Positions 1-14,927 of a stretch of 64,000 bases of DNA are shown piece after piece. Made by a program: the position numbers and the translations under genes. Every line of letters starts with the position of its first letter. Position 1 is the stretch's first letter. This DNA comes from the human T2T-CHM13v2.0 reference genome, Homo sapiens: NCBI RefSeq assembly GCF_009914755.1, contig NC_060926.1; one strand, given 5' to 3'. Below the pieces are notes generated by a model. It worked only from the letters and a program-made list of their open reading frames with translations, was not told the origin of the DNA and searched no databases.

Positions 1-117
1 CCCAGCTACTTGGGAGGCTGGGGAGGGAGGATCACTTGAGCTCAGGAGAGTGAGACTGCAGTGAACCATGATCTTGCCACTCACTGCATTCCAGCATGGG
101 CAAGATCCTGTCTCAAA
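1..117 (+). mobile_element. Alu right-arm fragment (old, AluJ-like), cut by window edge
   Basis: cccagctacttgggaggctg...gactgcagtgaaccatgatc...tgtctcaaa. Confidence 0.85.
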
Positions 118-119
118 TT

Positions 120-3100
120 TTTTTTCCTTGAAAAAATGATAATGCTAATAGAGTATACAAAAACCTATGGGATACAGTGAAAGCAGTACTAAGAGGAAAG
201 TTTATAGCTATAAGCACCCACATCAAAAAAGTAGAAAAATGTCAAATAAACAACCTCACTATGCATCTTAAAGAATGAAAAATGCAAGAGCAAACCAAAC
301 CCTAAAAGTAGAAGAAAAAAAAATAAAGATCAGAGCAGAAATAAATGAAATTGAAATGAAGAAAACAATGGAAAATGTCGATGAAGTGAACAGTTGGTTT
401 TTTGAAAAGATAAACAAAGTTGACAAACCTTTATCCAGACTGAGAAAAAGAGAGAGAAGACCCAAATACATACATTCAGAGAAGAAAAAGAAGATACTAC
501 AACTAATACCGCAGAAATTCAAAGAATCGTTAGAAGCTACTATGAACAGCTATATGCCAATGAAATGGAAAACCTAAAAGAAATGGATAAATTTCTAGAC
601 ACACACAACCTACCAATATTGAACCATGAAGAAATCCAAAATCTGAACAAAACGGTAACAAGTAATGAGATTGAAGCTGTAATAAAAGTCTCCTAGCAAA
701 GAAAAGTCCAGGATCCAGTGGCTTCACTGCTGAATTTTACCAAACATTTAAAGAAGAACTAATACCAATACTACTCAAACTATCCTAAAAATATAGAGGA
801 GGAGGGAATATTTCCAAATTCACTTATGAGGCCATTGTTACTATGATACCAAAACCAAACACACAACCAAAAAAGGAAACCTACAAGCCAATATCTTTAT
901 GAACATTAATGCAAAAATCCTCAGCAAACTACTAGCAAACTGAATTCAACAACACATTAAAAAAGATCGTTCATCATGACCAAATGGGAATTATTCCAGG
1001 GATCCAAGGATGGTTCAACATATACAAATCAATCAATGCGATGCATCAAATCAACAGAATGAAGGACAAAAATCACATGATCATTTCAATTGATGCTGAA
1101 AAAGCATTTGATAAAATTCAGCATCTCTTCATGATAAAAACCCTCAAAAAGCTGGTTATAGAAGAACATACTTCAACACAATAAAAGCTATATATGACAG
1201 ACCCACAACTAATATTATACTAATTGGGGAAAAAATTAAAAGCTTTTCCTCTAAAACCTGGAACAAGAAAAGGGTGCCTACTGTCACCATTGTTATTCAA
1301 CACTGGAAGCCCTAACTAGAACAATCAGACAAGAAAAAGATATAAAGGGCATCCAAATTGGAAAGCAAGAAGTCAAATTATCCTTGTTTGTAGATGATAT
1401 GATCTTAATATTTGGAAAAACCTAAAGACTCCACCAAAAACTATTAGAATTCATAAACAAATTTAGGAAAGTTGCAGGACACAAAATCAACATACAAAAA
1501 TCAGTAGCATTTCTATATGCCAACAGCAAACATTCTGAAAAAGAAATCAAGAAAATAATCTCATTTATAATAGCTACAAATAAAATAAAATACCTAAGAA
1601 TAAACTTAACCAAAGAAGTTAAAGATTTCTACAATAAAAACCATAAAACATGGACGTGAAGAGGACCCATAAAAATTGGAAAGATATTCCATATTCATGA
1701 ATTGGAAGAATCAATATTATGAAAATGTCCATACTACCTAAAACAATCTACAGATTCAGTGCAATCCCTATCAAATTACCAATGATAGTCTTCATAAAAA
1801 TAGAAAAAATCATTCTAAAATTTATATGGAACCACAAAAGACCCAGAATAGCCAAAGCCATCCTGAGCAAAAGGAAAAAAACTGGAGGAATCACATTACC
1901 TGGCTTCAAATTATATTACATAGCAACCCAAACAGCATAATACTGACATAGTAGCAGACATACAGACCAATACAACAGGATAGAGAAAAAAAAGAACCCA
2001 GAAATAAGTCCATTCATCTACACTGAACTCATTTTCAACAAAGGTACCAAGAACATACATTGGGGAAAAGACAGTCTCTTCAATAAATGGTGCTGGAAAA
2101 ACTGGATATCCTTATGCAGAAGAATTAAACTAGACCCCTATTTCTCACCATATAAAAAATCAAATCAAAATGGATTAACGATTTAAATCTTTTTTTTTTT
2201 TTTTGAGATGGAGTCTCTCTCTGTCGCCCAGGGTGGAGTGCAGTGGCGCGATCTCGGCTCACTGAAACTTCCACCTCTGGGTTCAAGTGATTCTCCTGCC
2301 TCAGCCTCCAGAGTAGCTGAATCACAGGTGCCCACCACCATGCCTGGCTAATTTTTTTTGTATTTTTAGTAGAGATGGTGTTTCACCATGTTGGCCAGGC
2401 TGGTCTCAAACTCCTGACCACAAATGATCCACCTGCCTTGGTCTCCCAAAGTGCTGGGATTACAGGCGTGAGCCACCGTGCCCGGCCTAAAGACTTAAAT
2501 CTAAGACCTCAAACTATAAAGCCACTAAAAGAAAACATTGAGGAAAGTCTCCAGGACATTGGTCTGGGCAAAGATTTTTTGAGTAATACTCCCCAAATAC
2601 AGGCAACTAAAGCACAATTGGGCAAGTGGGATCACATCAAGTTGAAAAGCTTCTGCACGGCAAAGGAAAGAATAAAGTGAAGAGAAAACACACAGAATAG
2701 GAAAAAAAATTTGCAAGCTACTCATCGTTCCAGGAATTAATAACGAGAATATATAAGGAGATTAAACAACTCTATAGGGAAAAAAATCTATTAATTCTGT
2801 TAAAAATAGACAAAACATCTAAATAGACATTTCTCAAAAGAAGACATACAAATGGCAAACAGGTATATAAAAAGGTGCTCAATATCTTTAATCATCAGAG
2901 AAATGAAAAACAAAACTACAATGAGATATCATTTCACCCCAGTTAAAATGGTTTTTATCCAAAAGACAGGTAACAACGAATGCTGATGAGGTCGTGGAGA
3001 AAAAGGAACCCTTGTACACTGTTGGTAGGGGTGAAAATTAACATAGCCACTACGGAGAACAGTTTGGAGGTTCCTCAGAAAATTAAAAATAAAATACCAT

Positions 3101-3790
3101 ATGATCCAGCAATTTCACTACTACCTATATACACAGAAGAAAGCAAATATATTAAAGAGATATCTGCACTCCCACGTTTATTGAAGCACTATTCACAATA
3201 GCCAAGATTTGGAAGCAACCTAAGTGTCCATCAATAGATAAGCAGATAAAGAAAATGAGGCACATACACAATGGAGTACTATTCAGCCATAATAAAGAAT
3301 AAGATCCTGTCATTTGCGGCAACATGAATAGAACTGGAGGACATTATGTTAAGTGAACGAATCCAGGCACAGAAAGACAAATTTTGCATGTTTCCATTGA
3401 TTTGTGGGAGCTAAAAATTAAAACATTTGAACTCATGGAGATAGATTGATGGTTACCAGAGGCTGGGAAGGATAATGTGTATGGTGGGGGTAGTGGGGAT
3501 GGTTAATGGTACAAAAATATTGTTAGAATTAATAAGGTCTAGTATTTGATAGCACAAAAGAGTGACTAAAGTCCACAATAATTTATTGTACATTTTTAAA
3601 TCACTAAAGGAGAGTATAATTGGAATGATTATAATACAAGGAAATGATAGATGATTGAGGGGATAAATGCCCCATTTATCCTGATGTGATTATTACATAT
3701 TGTATGCCTATATCAAAATATCTCACATATCACATAAGTATATACACTTACTATGTACTCATGAAAATTGAAAATTAAAAAAAAATTTAA
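120..3790 (+). mobile_element. Degraded LINE-1 (L1MA-like) ORF2 and 3'UTR, interrupted by an Alu
   Basis: ORF2 fragments ([30 protein letters not shown] motif LFVDDMI ~1384-1404, [12 protein letters not shown]); L1M-type 3'UTR and A-rich tail; many stops and frameshifts. Confidence 0.93.
2191..2487 (-). mobile_element. AluS inserted in L1
   Basis: Full antisense Alu; diverged TSD taacgatttaaatct (2176-2190) / taaagacttaaatct (2488-2502). Confidence 0.95.
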
Positions 3791-3810
3791 GTAAATGTGA
3801 GAAAAAAAAT

Positions 3811-4940
3811 TACATGAATGTCTTCTTTTGAGAAGTGTCTGTTCATGTCGTTTACCCACTTTTTAATGGGGTTGTTTTTTTCTTGAAAATTTGTTTAAGT
3901 TCCTTGTAGATTCTGGATATTAGAACTTTGTGAGATGGATAGATTACAAAAATTTTCTCCCACTCTGTAGGTTGCCTGTTCATTCTGATGATAGTTTCTT
4001 TTGCTGTGCAGAAGCTCTTTAGTTTAATTAGATCCCATTTGTCAATGTTTGCTTTTGTTGCAATTGCTTTGGGTGATTTCATCATGAAATCTTTGCCCAT
4101 TCTTATGTCCTGAACGGCATTCCTAGATTTTCTTCTAGGGTTTTCAGAAACAAAGCTCAACATCACTGATGATTAGAGAAATGCAAATCAAAACCACAAT
4201 GAGATACTATCTCATGCCAGTCAGAATGGTGATTATTAAAAGTCAAGAAATAATAGATGCTGGCAAGGTTGTGGAGAAATGGGAACACTTACACACTGCT
4301 GGTGGGAGTGTAAATTAGTTCAATCATTGTGGAAGATGGTGTGGTGATTCCTCAGAGATCTAGAACCGGAAATACCATTTGACTCAACAGTCCCATTACT
4401 GGGTATATAACCAAAGGAATAGAAATCATTCTATTACAAAGATACATGCATGTGTATGTTCATTGCAGCACTATTCACAATTGCAGTGACATGAAATCAA
4501 CCCAAATGCCCATCAATGATAGACTGGATAAAGAAAATATAGTACATATACACCTGGAATACTATGCAGCCATAAAAAAGAACAAGATCATGTCTTTGCA
4601 GGAACATGGATGGAGCTGGAAGTCATTATCCTCAGCAAACTAATTCAGGAACAGAAAACCAAACACCACATGTTCTTGCTTATATGTGGGAGATAAGCAA
4701 TGATAACATATGGACACAAGGAAGGGAACAACAAACACTGGGGCCTCTCGGGGGGTGGGGTGGGGGGAGGGAGAGCATTAGGAAAAATAGCTAATGGATG
4801 CTGGGCTTAATACCTAGGTGATGGGTTGATAGGTGCAGCAAACCACCATGTCACACGTTTACCTATGTAACAATCCTGCACGTCCTGCACAGGTACCCCC
4901 AAACTTAAAATAAAAATTAAAATTACAAAAAAAAAAAAGA
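3811..4940 (+). mobile_element. 5'-truncated, 5'-inverted LINE-1 (older L1PA-like)
   Basis: 3811-4144 is antisense ORF2 ([24 protein letters not shown]); ~4148-4940 is sense ORF2 end, G-rich 3'UTR and poly(A). Confidence 0.92.
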
Positions 4941-5739
4941 AAACCACGAAACTAGGATTTTAAATGATCTTATACAGCAAATGAAACCTGTGGTCTTGTG
5001 TTTTCTGCTTCTGTGTTTTCACAGTCTAATTTAGTTTTCCTTTTTGTGAAGCAACCAGATCCAGGAAAATTTAAGAACACTAACTAAAAGTGGGCCATCT
5101 ATTTATCCAGGCTATGCTCAGCAATAGCGCTGAGCTGATCATGCACTCAAGCAGCTCTGGAAAAGGGTCTCTGCAGATATGGTCACTCAACAAGAGAAAG
5201 CAGTTTGGTCATCCTTTCAGGCCGTAATTATATTCTAGTTCAGTGAGCAGTGGTAATTAATTGTACTTTGTGCCCAATGTTAAAGCAAACAAACAAACAC
5301 AATGGGGAAGTGCAGTGTCGGGTAAATGGCCACAGCCATCCTTGGAATTTAAGCTAGTTTCTTTGAATGGTGGAAAGGAAGTTAATGTCTCACTTTCTCC
5401 CAGAATAGAACCAGGTTTTAATAGGCAGCAGACCTGTAACAGCACTTTCACCCCACCCCCAAGGGAGACTTCAAATTTGATAGCTTTTGATAACAAAACA
5501 GAAGCTTTACAAAAGAAAGCATTAGCATTGTTTATATTCTCTCAAAACATAAGTTATTTGTACAGATCTATACAAAGCTTCTCCTAGGTAAGCACTTTGG
5601 AAGAAAGGCAAATAAATGGAAATAGATGCAGATTTTTTTTTTAACTCTAAGGGAGAAGATTGTCAAAGGAGATTTAACCCACACAGTTCCATACTGATGT
5701 GGCTAGGAAAAAATGTACAAACCATTGAGGATACATTGA

Positions 5740-6093
<354 letters not shown>

Positions 6094-6670
6094 AGAAACT
6101 AATTTATCTTTATTTCTTGATAGAGAAACTGAATTCAAGGAATGTATGAGAACCTGCCTAGGGTTAGTCAGTGGCAGAGTTAGGATCCGACCTTTAGCTT
6201 GTGAAATTGTGTCAACACTTTCGCTCTTTCTACAACATAATAATGCCTCACAGGAGGGAATGAGGAGTAATTGTTTTATACTCTATAAGTCCTAGAACAG
6301 AATTCAATAGCAGCTAATATTCTGTTCTCTTCAGGATTAAACTTTTTATTTCTTTCTTAATTCCAACATTTTCACGCAGCTAGTAGAAATAGGACTGCAA
6401 AGTCTTTTTGTTTTGTTCTTGTTGTTGTGTTGTTTAAAGTAGTCTAGACTGCAACCATTGGCATGTTACTGGCATGATTTTTGACACATCTGCATATCAA
6501 CTCTACCATGTACTTTTTAAAAAAAGGTTATGTACATGTAAATTTTATTTAAAGAGGACGTATATTCATGCCTAAATAAATAAACCAAAATCATTTGGCA
6601 TAAATGGAAAAAATCTTAGAAATGAACACAAAATAATGTTACTCTTGCCTACTAAAACCCCTCAGCATAA

Positions 6671-7024
<354 letters not shown>

Positions 7025-7249
7025 CAATCTGACCCTTTTGTAGTAATCAGAAAGACTAAAACAATAATGAAAAGGGAATAAAATTCTTACTATGATTAAC
7101 CGTTATGTAATATCAGGCTTGTGTAACACTTCAAATAATCTTTTTAATCAGTTTGGAGAAAACTACTGCAGTTAATGCATTTACCATCATTAACATCTAA
7201 AATCATCATCCTTTAGAATCCTGTTATTCTCCAAGAGAACTATAAAAGG

Positions 7250-7821
<572 letters not shown>

Positions 7822-8140
7822 TCATGTGGCATAAGAGATGCATCCCACTTTGCCCTAGCTCACCTCCAAGCCAAAAATTTTCCGAAAGGGCGCACTAAGG
7901 AAAGGACAAATAGTTAAATGTTTGCAAAACAATTTGCCACCCACCCTCTTCTGAGTCACCTCTTCAAGTTGGCAACCTTTCAACCAGCTGATGGTGCCAC
8001 CCAGTATCAGGGGCATGTATGGACTCCTTAAGGTGGTTTCCCAAGGCATGGTAGCAGCTGCTGGAGCTGGTGAGGGGGATAGGTCAAGTAAAATATCTGG
8101 TCACAAATTCTAGATTGTTTGGATACTGAAGTAGAAGACT

Positions 8141-8296
8141 GGCCAGCCGCAGTGGCTCGCGCCTGTAATCCCAGCACTCTGGAAGGCCAAAGCAAGTGGA
8201 TCACTTGAGGCCAGGAGTTTGAGATCAGCCTGGACAATATGGTAAAACCCCATCTCCACAAAAATACAAAAATTAACCAGGTGTGGTGGTGTGCGT
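8141..8296 (+). mobile_element. Alu left arm plus linker, 3' truncated
   Basis: ggccagccgcagtggctcgcgcctgtaatcccagcac...aaaaatacaaaaatta. Confidence 0.88.
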
Positions 8297-9377
8297 GCAC
8301 ACACACCGCCCCCCACCAAACAAACAATGTAGAAACTTAATAAAAAAAAGAAAGTACAGGACTGAGGGGAGAAGAGATAGAGGGAGTAGGCTAAGCACAC
8401 ATGACAGAAGAGAATATATGATTAAGCGGACAAAGTAAACCAAGATAAATAAAAAAGAAAAGAAAGAAGACGATTCCATGGGACAGCACTCCAGCATAAA
8501 GTACAAGATACCCTAAAGGCATTTCTCAGTCAAACAAGACTACAAAAAGAAGACAGTGATTTAGGGAAGATGATAAAAAAATGGATGGCACCAAAGTGAC
8601 AACAATTAAGAGGAAAAATGAGGAAGGTGTTTGGTTAAGAAACAAGGCTTTTATAGACATTTCTATTTATATTTTGTGTAAGTATGTGTTATATATACGT
8701 TATGTTCATATCAGTAGCTTTGAAAGCATACTTTTATGTTATCGACATGTCTGTGAAAAACAACAAGACTTAAAGATTTGATTTTCTTCCGTAAGCCACA
8801 TTCCTTGACTCCAGTCAAGCCTCCCAGAGTAACAGACAATAAATACCAGTCTTTTCCAAGCCAGTCTAACTCTGAGGTGGTGGCTGTTTGGTTTCTATTA
8901 GAAACATTAAGAAAAATAAATTATTTTAGAATCATGGAAAAAGTACTTTCCAACAATCTTGGTGTCACAGATATAAAATTTCTGAATTTGGAAAATATTT
9001 AGTGAAAAATATTTATTATAACAGTTGAAATAATAAAAATCTATTGCTTTCTTGCCACTGAGCTTAAGCAAAGAAAAAAAAATCTATTGCTTTTCTCAAT
9101 TGCTTAGAAAGCATAACTGAAAGTGGACACACTGAAAAGACTTGCAGTGGAGATCCTTCAACTTCAGCCTCTGGAGATTATAGTTACTTATCCCATAAAT
9201 ATATATATATACTATGTATCCACGAAAGTTAAAAATAAAAAAAATTAAAACAAAGATTACAGTTACTATGTAACAACCAGAGTGCTCTTTTTTTTTTTTT
9301 TTAAGGGATTGCCTCCCACTAAGGAGATAACAATAAATATTAACCAGTGTTGCAGTGAACTGGTTGGCCAAAGATAG

Positions 9378-9696
<319 letters not shown>

Positions 9697-9712
9697 AAAG
9701 ATAGCAGGTCTT

Positions 9713-10062
9713 AACATTGGTTGTGCATAGGAAACAACTGAGGTACTTTAAAAAAAAATTACTGACACCTGGCTCCCACTCCCAGAGATTTGGATTTTAT
9801 TAGGTGAGATGCAGCCTGGGCATCAAGAGTTTTAAAAGCTCCCCAGATTTTTCTAATGTACAGCGAAATGTGAGAAACACTAAAACCCTCGCTACTGACC
9901 AGTATGGTCCATGGACCAGCGGCATTGTTATTACCTGAGAGCTTTTTACAGATGCAGAATGTCAGGCCTCACCTCGGGCTGATGAATTAGAATCTGGATT
10001 TTTCCAAGGTTCCCATGTGGTTTGGTTTATATGTACATTCATGTCTGAGAAGCATGGCTCTA
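9713..10062. mobile_element. Two adjacent MER5-family (hAT-Charlie) MITEs
   Basis: cccagagatttggatttt...ttttaaaagctccccag...gagaaacact and ggtccatggaccagcggcat...gatgcagaat...gagaagcatgg resemble MER5 consensus. Confidence 0.7.
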
Positions 10063-10244
10063 AGGAATTCTTGTCACTGATCATTTTTTCTTTCTCTGAT
10101 GTTAGATAGTAATTCCATAGTTAATAAAAGATGAAAGAAAAATAACTCAACTTTCATTCTCTAAAACGCAGGAGAAAAGACTTTCATCTGTGACATTCTG
10201 TAGCATGATAAAAGGTGATTGATGTGAGATGAGATCCAAATATG

Positions 10245-10441
10245 TAGGGTTGCCAGATAAAATATAGGCTAGTCAATTACATGTGAATTTCAGATAAGTG
10301 ATTTTTTTTTTTATTTTTAGTGAAAGTATGTTCCAAATATTGCACAGGGCATATGTATACTAAAAAAGTATTCATTGTTGATTTGAAATACAAATTTAAC
10401 TGGACATCCTGTATTTTTATCTGCTAAATTTGGCAACCCTA
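10245..10441. mobile_element. MER53-like hAT MITE with intact terminal inverted repeats
   Basis: TIRs TAGGGTTGCCA...TGGCAACCCTA; 8-bp flanks caaatatg / catatatt. Confidence 0.85.
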
Positions 10442-11619
10442 CATATATTCCCAGGAGCCTCTCTTTGCTCTCTAGGCTCTCCTAGTTGAAAAAAAAAAAG
10501 GAAATGATACCATAAATGGCCAAGTGGCTGCCCCTAAGCTGTCTAGACTGATTGCCTGTAATGTTGTTTCTCATCTAGCCCAGACACAGGACTCTGACTT
10601 AGGGAAGCCAGGCTGGTGACTCATCTAAGTGGGAAATTTACTTGCTGACTCAGGAGGACATAGTTCTTGGCAAACTTTTGCCTTAGAATAAACCAAAAGG
10701 GAAAAAAATATATAAGCAAACGTTAAATACAGGAGAATGTATTAAAACACTTCAACTTAAGGCAACAGGCAAATTAATTGTATATTTTCTTTCAGTTGAT
10801 TAAATGAGATTTTCGTGGTTTCCTCTTTTACCATAGCTTGTCCTAAAAAGTGATTTTTGATAAGAGCAAAAGGTTTTATTTAAATATGAAAATGGTAGAG
10901 AGAATAAAGATGGATTGAAGTCAGTTGGGTACAGAGTATAAAATTCAACGCTCACTTTAGGAGGAAAGACTGAGATAGCTGACTTGCCCATGGTGGCACT
11001 CAGGGTTTGGCATTTTTCTGAAGAATTAACTGCTATTTAAGTCCTCTCAGAGGCCACTTTCCAAGAATACATTTTAAATCAGTTTTCTCAATATTCCATG
11101 TAGCTTGTGTATACAGTAGCAAATTCTTGGAGCAGAGATGTAGGTGTGGCTTGGGTGGAAGCCCTCCCTTTGCAAGCCTGGTAGAAGAGGAAACTAAATT
11201 TACTTAGCCAATTCTGATTTTTTCATATTTGAAAAGGTTTTGATGGGAAAAACCTGAACAAAATAATTGTGGATATGTGCAATTCTGTTGTATTAATAAT
11301 TTTTTTCTTAAATAAGTCCATAGTTGTTTTTGAGTAGGTCCAAAATGGAAGTTAGATACCAACTCTTTTTTTTTTTTTTTCTTTTGAGCTTCTGAATCTT
11401 TTCGACGGAGGTTGGACCCTTATATTTAATAACTATTAGCCATGATATTAACAATCCTGGTTTTAGGACTGGAAAGCAAAACAACCTGTTTCTAGCAAAT
11501 ACTGACAGAAATTTTCATTTCAAAGCAAAGCCCATAAAAAGCATATCCCAGAAGTTTCATAAACACAACAATCCCTGCAGACATGATGGAGAAGGGACTA
11601 AGTATTAAGAACTATGGTG

Positions 11620-12105
11620 TACAGGAAAAATAAATACAGCCACAAAATGCTTTGTGACTGAATCTATCAAGAAATGAAATCTATTTTTTCTCTGCTTTGA
11701 ACTTGGTCTGGCCATCTCGCTTGCTCTGACCCAACAAAATGTGGCAGAAATGATGTTGTACAAGCAAGCCTAGGCCTCAGGAAAGCTTGCAGCTTCCACC
11801 TTTGCTGTCTTGGAGCATTGCCCTGAGAAGCTGCTTCAGCTGACTGGAGGATGAGAGGTCACAAGAAGAACTGAGATGCTCTGCTGCTAACAGCCAGCAG
11901 CATTGCCAAATACATGTATGAGGCTATTTTGGACCTTCCAGTCTAGCCGTGCCTTTACCAGAATGATGATGCTTGAGTGAGCCCAGGAGATGCCAAAAGA
12001 GAAACTGCTAGTGAACCCACACAGAATCATGATAAATAAGAAATCATTGTCTAAAGCTACTGGGGTTGTCGGGGGGAGGAGTTGATATGTAGCAATAGGT
12101 AACTA
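11620..12105 (+). mobile_element. MaLR solo LTR (MLT1-like)
   Basis: aaaatgtggcagaaatgatg...gcctaggcctcagga...; ends gttgatatgtagcaataggtaact. Confidence 0.7.
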
Positions 12106-14399
12106 AAAAGATGGAATGCTCAAACTTCACTAAGTTTAGTTTCACTAAAACGCCCCAAAATAAATTCTAAAAAAAAAAAACTCAGGTCTCGTCTCCACCC
12201 CAGAAATCCTGATTTAGCTAGGCCTGGCAACCCACTTTTTATACAAAGACCCCAGATGGCAGTGGTCCTCAGACCACCTTTTGAGATACACCCCCTAGCA
12301 AGATTTTCTTCAGCACAGAGGAGGCTTGAGGTAGGTGGCCACATAGCTGTGCATTACTCCTGCAAATGATGCTGCTGGAGCAAGTGCACATTTGTATCAT
12401 CGTCACCATACGCAGTGTCCCAGGTACCAACAGAGCATTTTTGTTTATATATATATCTTATTATAAAATGGAAATTGAAAAGATTATTTCTATTCTTCCT
12501 CACTTATCTAACATGGATTATTGGAGAGGGAGTTGATTGGGGAGCAAAATAGCACAGCCCTCTGCGGAAATGGGCTTGGTGGAGACTTTGACTGGAATTG
12601 ATATGGGTTAAAGTCTTGATATTGGCTACATAGCAAAAATGCAGCTGAGTTGAGGCAGAAGTGGGATAAAAAGTGTGCAGATGTTTTTTGAGCATTATGA
12701 AAGGAAGGGAAAGGAGAATAGGGAAGGCAGATGCTCGGGGAGGTTTATTTGAGTGGAGAACCATATAAATTGTAGGTGAATATGCTGAAACCACTATAGA
12801 AAGATGAAAATGAATGTGTCTGAGGGAAATGACTAAGTCTTTTATTTATTTGTATGCCCTCATCATAGCTGCAGCATAATAGGTGTATCATAAAACAAAG
12901 GTGGTGTGAAGTGTTGAAAGCTGTAGTTTTCAGTTGTACTTGACGGTGGTCCTCTGGCAGCATCTGGGTTCTGCTTTTTCTTAGTCTTATATATGTGAAT
13001 TCTGCTAGTGTGCCATTTGAAGGGTTCCACTGCTAAGAAACGTTTGAAAACCAATGAGTTAAAGCATGAAGGAAATGCTATTTAATTGAAGAGAAGGATT
13101 GATTATTAGACAAGTGATATTGACATTTCTGAGATGTCTGCTTTCCAGTGGTAGGTGAAAGATTCAAACTTAATCCTCCTGGGGTTCTCTTTTACCCTCA
13201 GGAGGTGAGGAGAACCCAAGAAAACTCTCAATAGTAGCCACTTCCCAAGGACTTTTAGGGAGATCAACTTGCATTTCTTTTGCTACAGTTAAAGTGAAAG
13301 AACTTGTGGTGAAAACACACATTTCTAGTATAGTAACAGAACTTCTACTCAGAATTTTTTTAAAAACTTATTTTTGAAATTTTAGTTGCTGAAATAAAGA
13401 GTAAGATGAAATCATAGATATGTACAGATAGTTGGCATAGGAGATCCCTTCTGACTCTTCTGAGCTTGAACTCACCAGAGAAATATTTTGAACCCTGATA
13501 CTCACTAAATGAAGATTGTTTTCTCTTTCTCTTGGGAAAACGGTGAAATCAACTGTTATTTGTAGGTAAATCACACAAATATATGTATGTTTTTTGTCTA
13601 GAATAGAAATTATACATACTGTAGTAAGGGAAAATATATAACATTTCATAATTACCATGAGAATCCTTTTTGTTTATAAATTATGCCTACTTGTAATTTA
13701 ATGTATCTGTATTCCTCAGGATTGACTAGGCGGTATTATAGTATCAAATTAACACAGAGATCTTGGCAGCTTAATGCAATAAAAGCTGTATTTCACCCTA
13801 TTGCATGTGAGACACATTTAGTAAAAATATGTAATGCAAACATCAGGCATTTAATTTCATTCCATATACCCAGGCAGCATGAGTATAAAATAATACAAAT
13901 GATGCTTTCTAGCAAATGAAATTTCTCTAAAAATAATGGTAAGTTTTGTTGTCAAGGCGAAAATAAATTGTTTCCAAATACAGTACCAACCAAGGTGTAG
14001 CAAGGTTAAGAAACAGTTTTCAAATCATCACAACCACAGAAGTGGGGTTAACTGAGGAAATGGCTTGTTAGTTGACATAGTTCCCACAATATCTAAAGAT
14101 AAATGTATAATTTATGATACAGACAAAAAGTTTTAAGCCAACATTGCATTTTGACCACAAAAATATTATGCCAATGATTATATAATTTTCATAGTTGGTT
14201 TAAAACTAACAAAAATAGATTTAATTAACAGTAGGAAGGCCTAGGGGAATATTTTTCAAGTTTCATAATCGGGATAACTGATTAATATTGAAATAAAAAA
14301 TTCAGGGCACATGAGGGAATTCTTTTTCTCCTATATAAGTACCAAGAGTTATATGTGGAAAACTCCTTGAGAACAAGACATGTTACTTATAAGTCTGTA

Positions 14400-14915
14400 T
14401 TAGCCAAATATTATATTTGTATGCCTAGTTACATCTCTATCTTTGTGGAACTGCCCTTCCTCCATCTTAAGTAATAACAACATTCATCAACCACAGTGCT
14501 GTGCCACATTATTCCCATAGGAGTTTATCACCTGACCTGTGGCCAACCATAATATCTCACTCTCTGAATACAGTGATTGGTTCAGGGGTGAGCAATTATT
14601 ATAAACACAGTCAATATAAATCATTGCCTTGAGTTGAGATACTTATTTGAGAAGAGGGTAGCTTTATCATCTATGGATTGCTAAAGTAGGACCTATAACT
14701 GTTTTCTCTGGTCAACTGTACAGCCTGATGCAGTTGGAGAGGGTAAGGCCAACATAAAGTAGAAAGCAGAGCTGGAAAAAGAATTGTGTTGTGTTTGAAG
14801 ACAGAACCAACACTGCACTTCTGGGTTATGTGAATCAATCCATTCTCTTTTTCACTTTAGCTAATATGAATTGGGATATTATCACTTGTAACTGAAAGAG
14901 TCCTGACAAATACTT
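14400..14915 (+). mobile_element. ERVL LTR (LTR16-like)
   Basis: cagtgattggttcagggg and terminal tcacttgtaactgaaagagtcctgacaaatac. Confidence 0.55.
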
Positions 14916-14927
14916 CATTTCATTCCC

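Noticed and set aside
268-4794. ORFs with reverse-transcriptase or L1 ORF2 similarity as a possible active retroelement or novel RT system
   Set aside because: Fragmented by stops, frameshifts and an Alu; ordinary dead L1 copies
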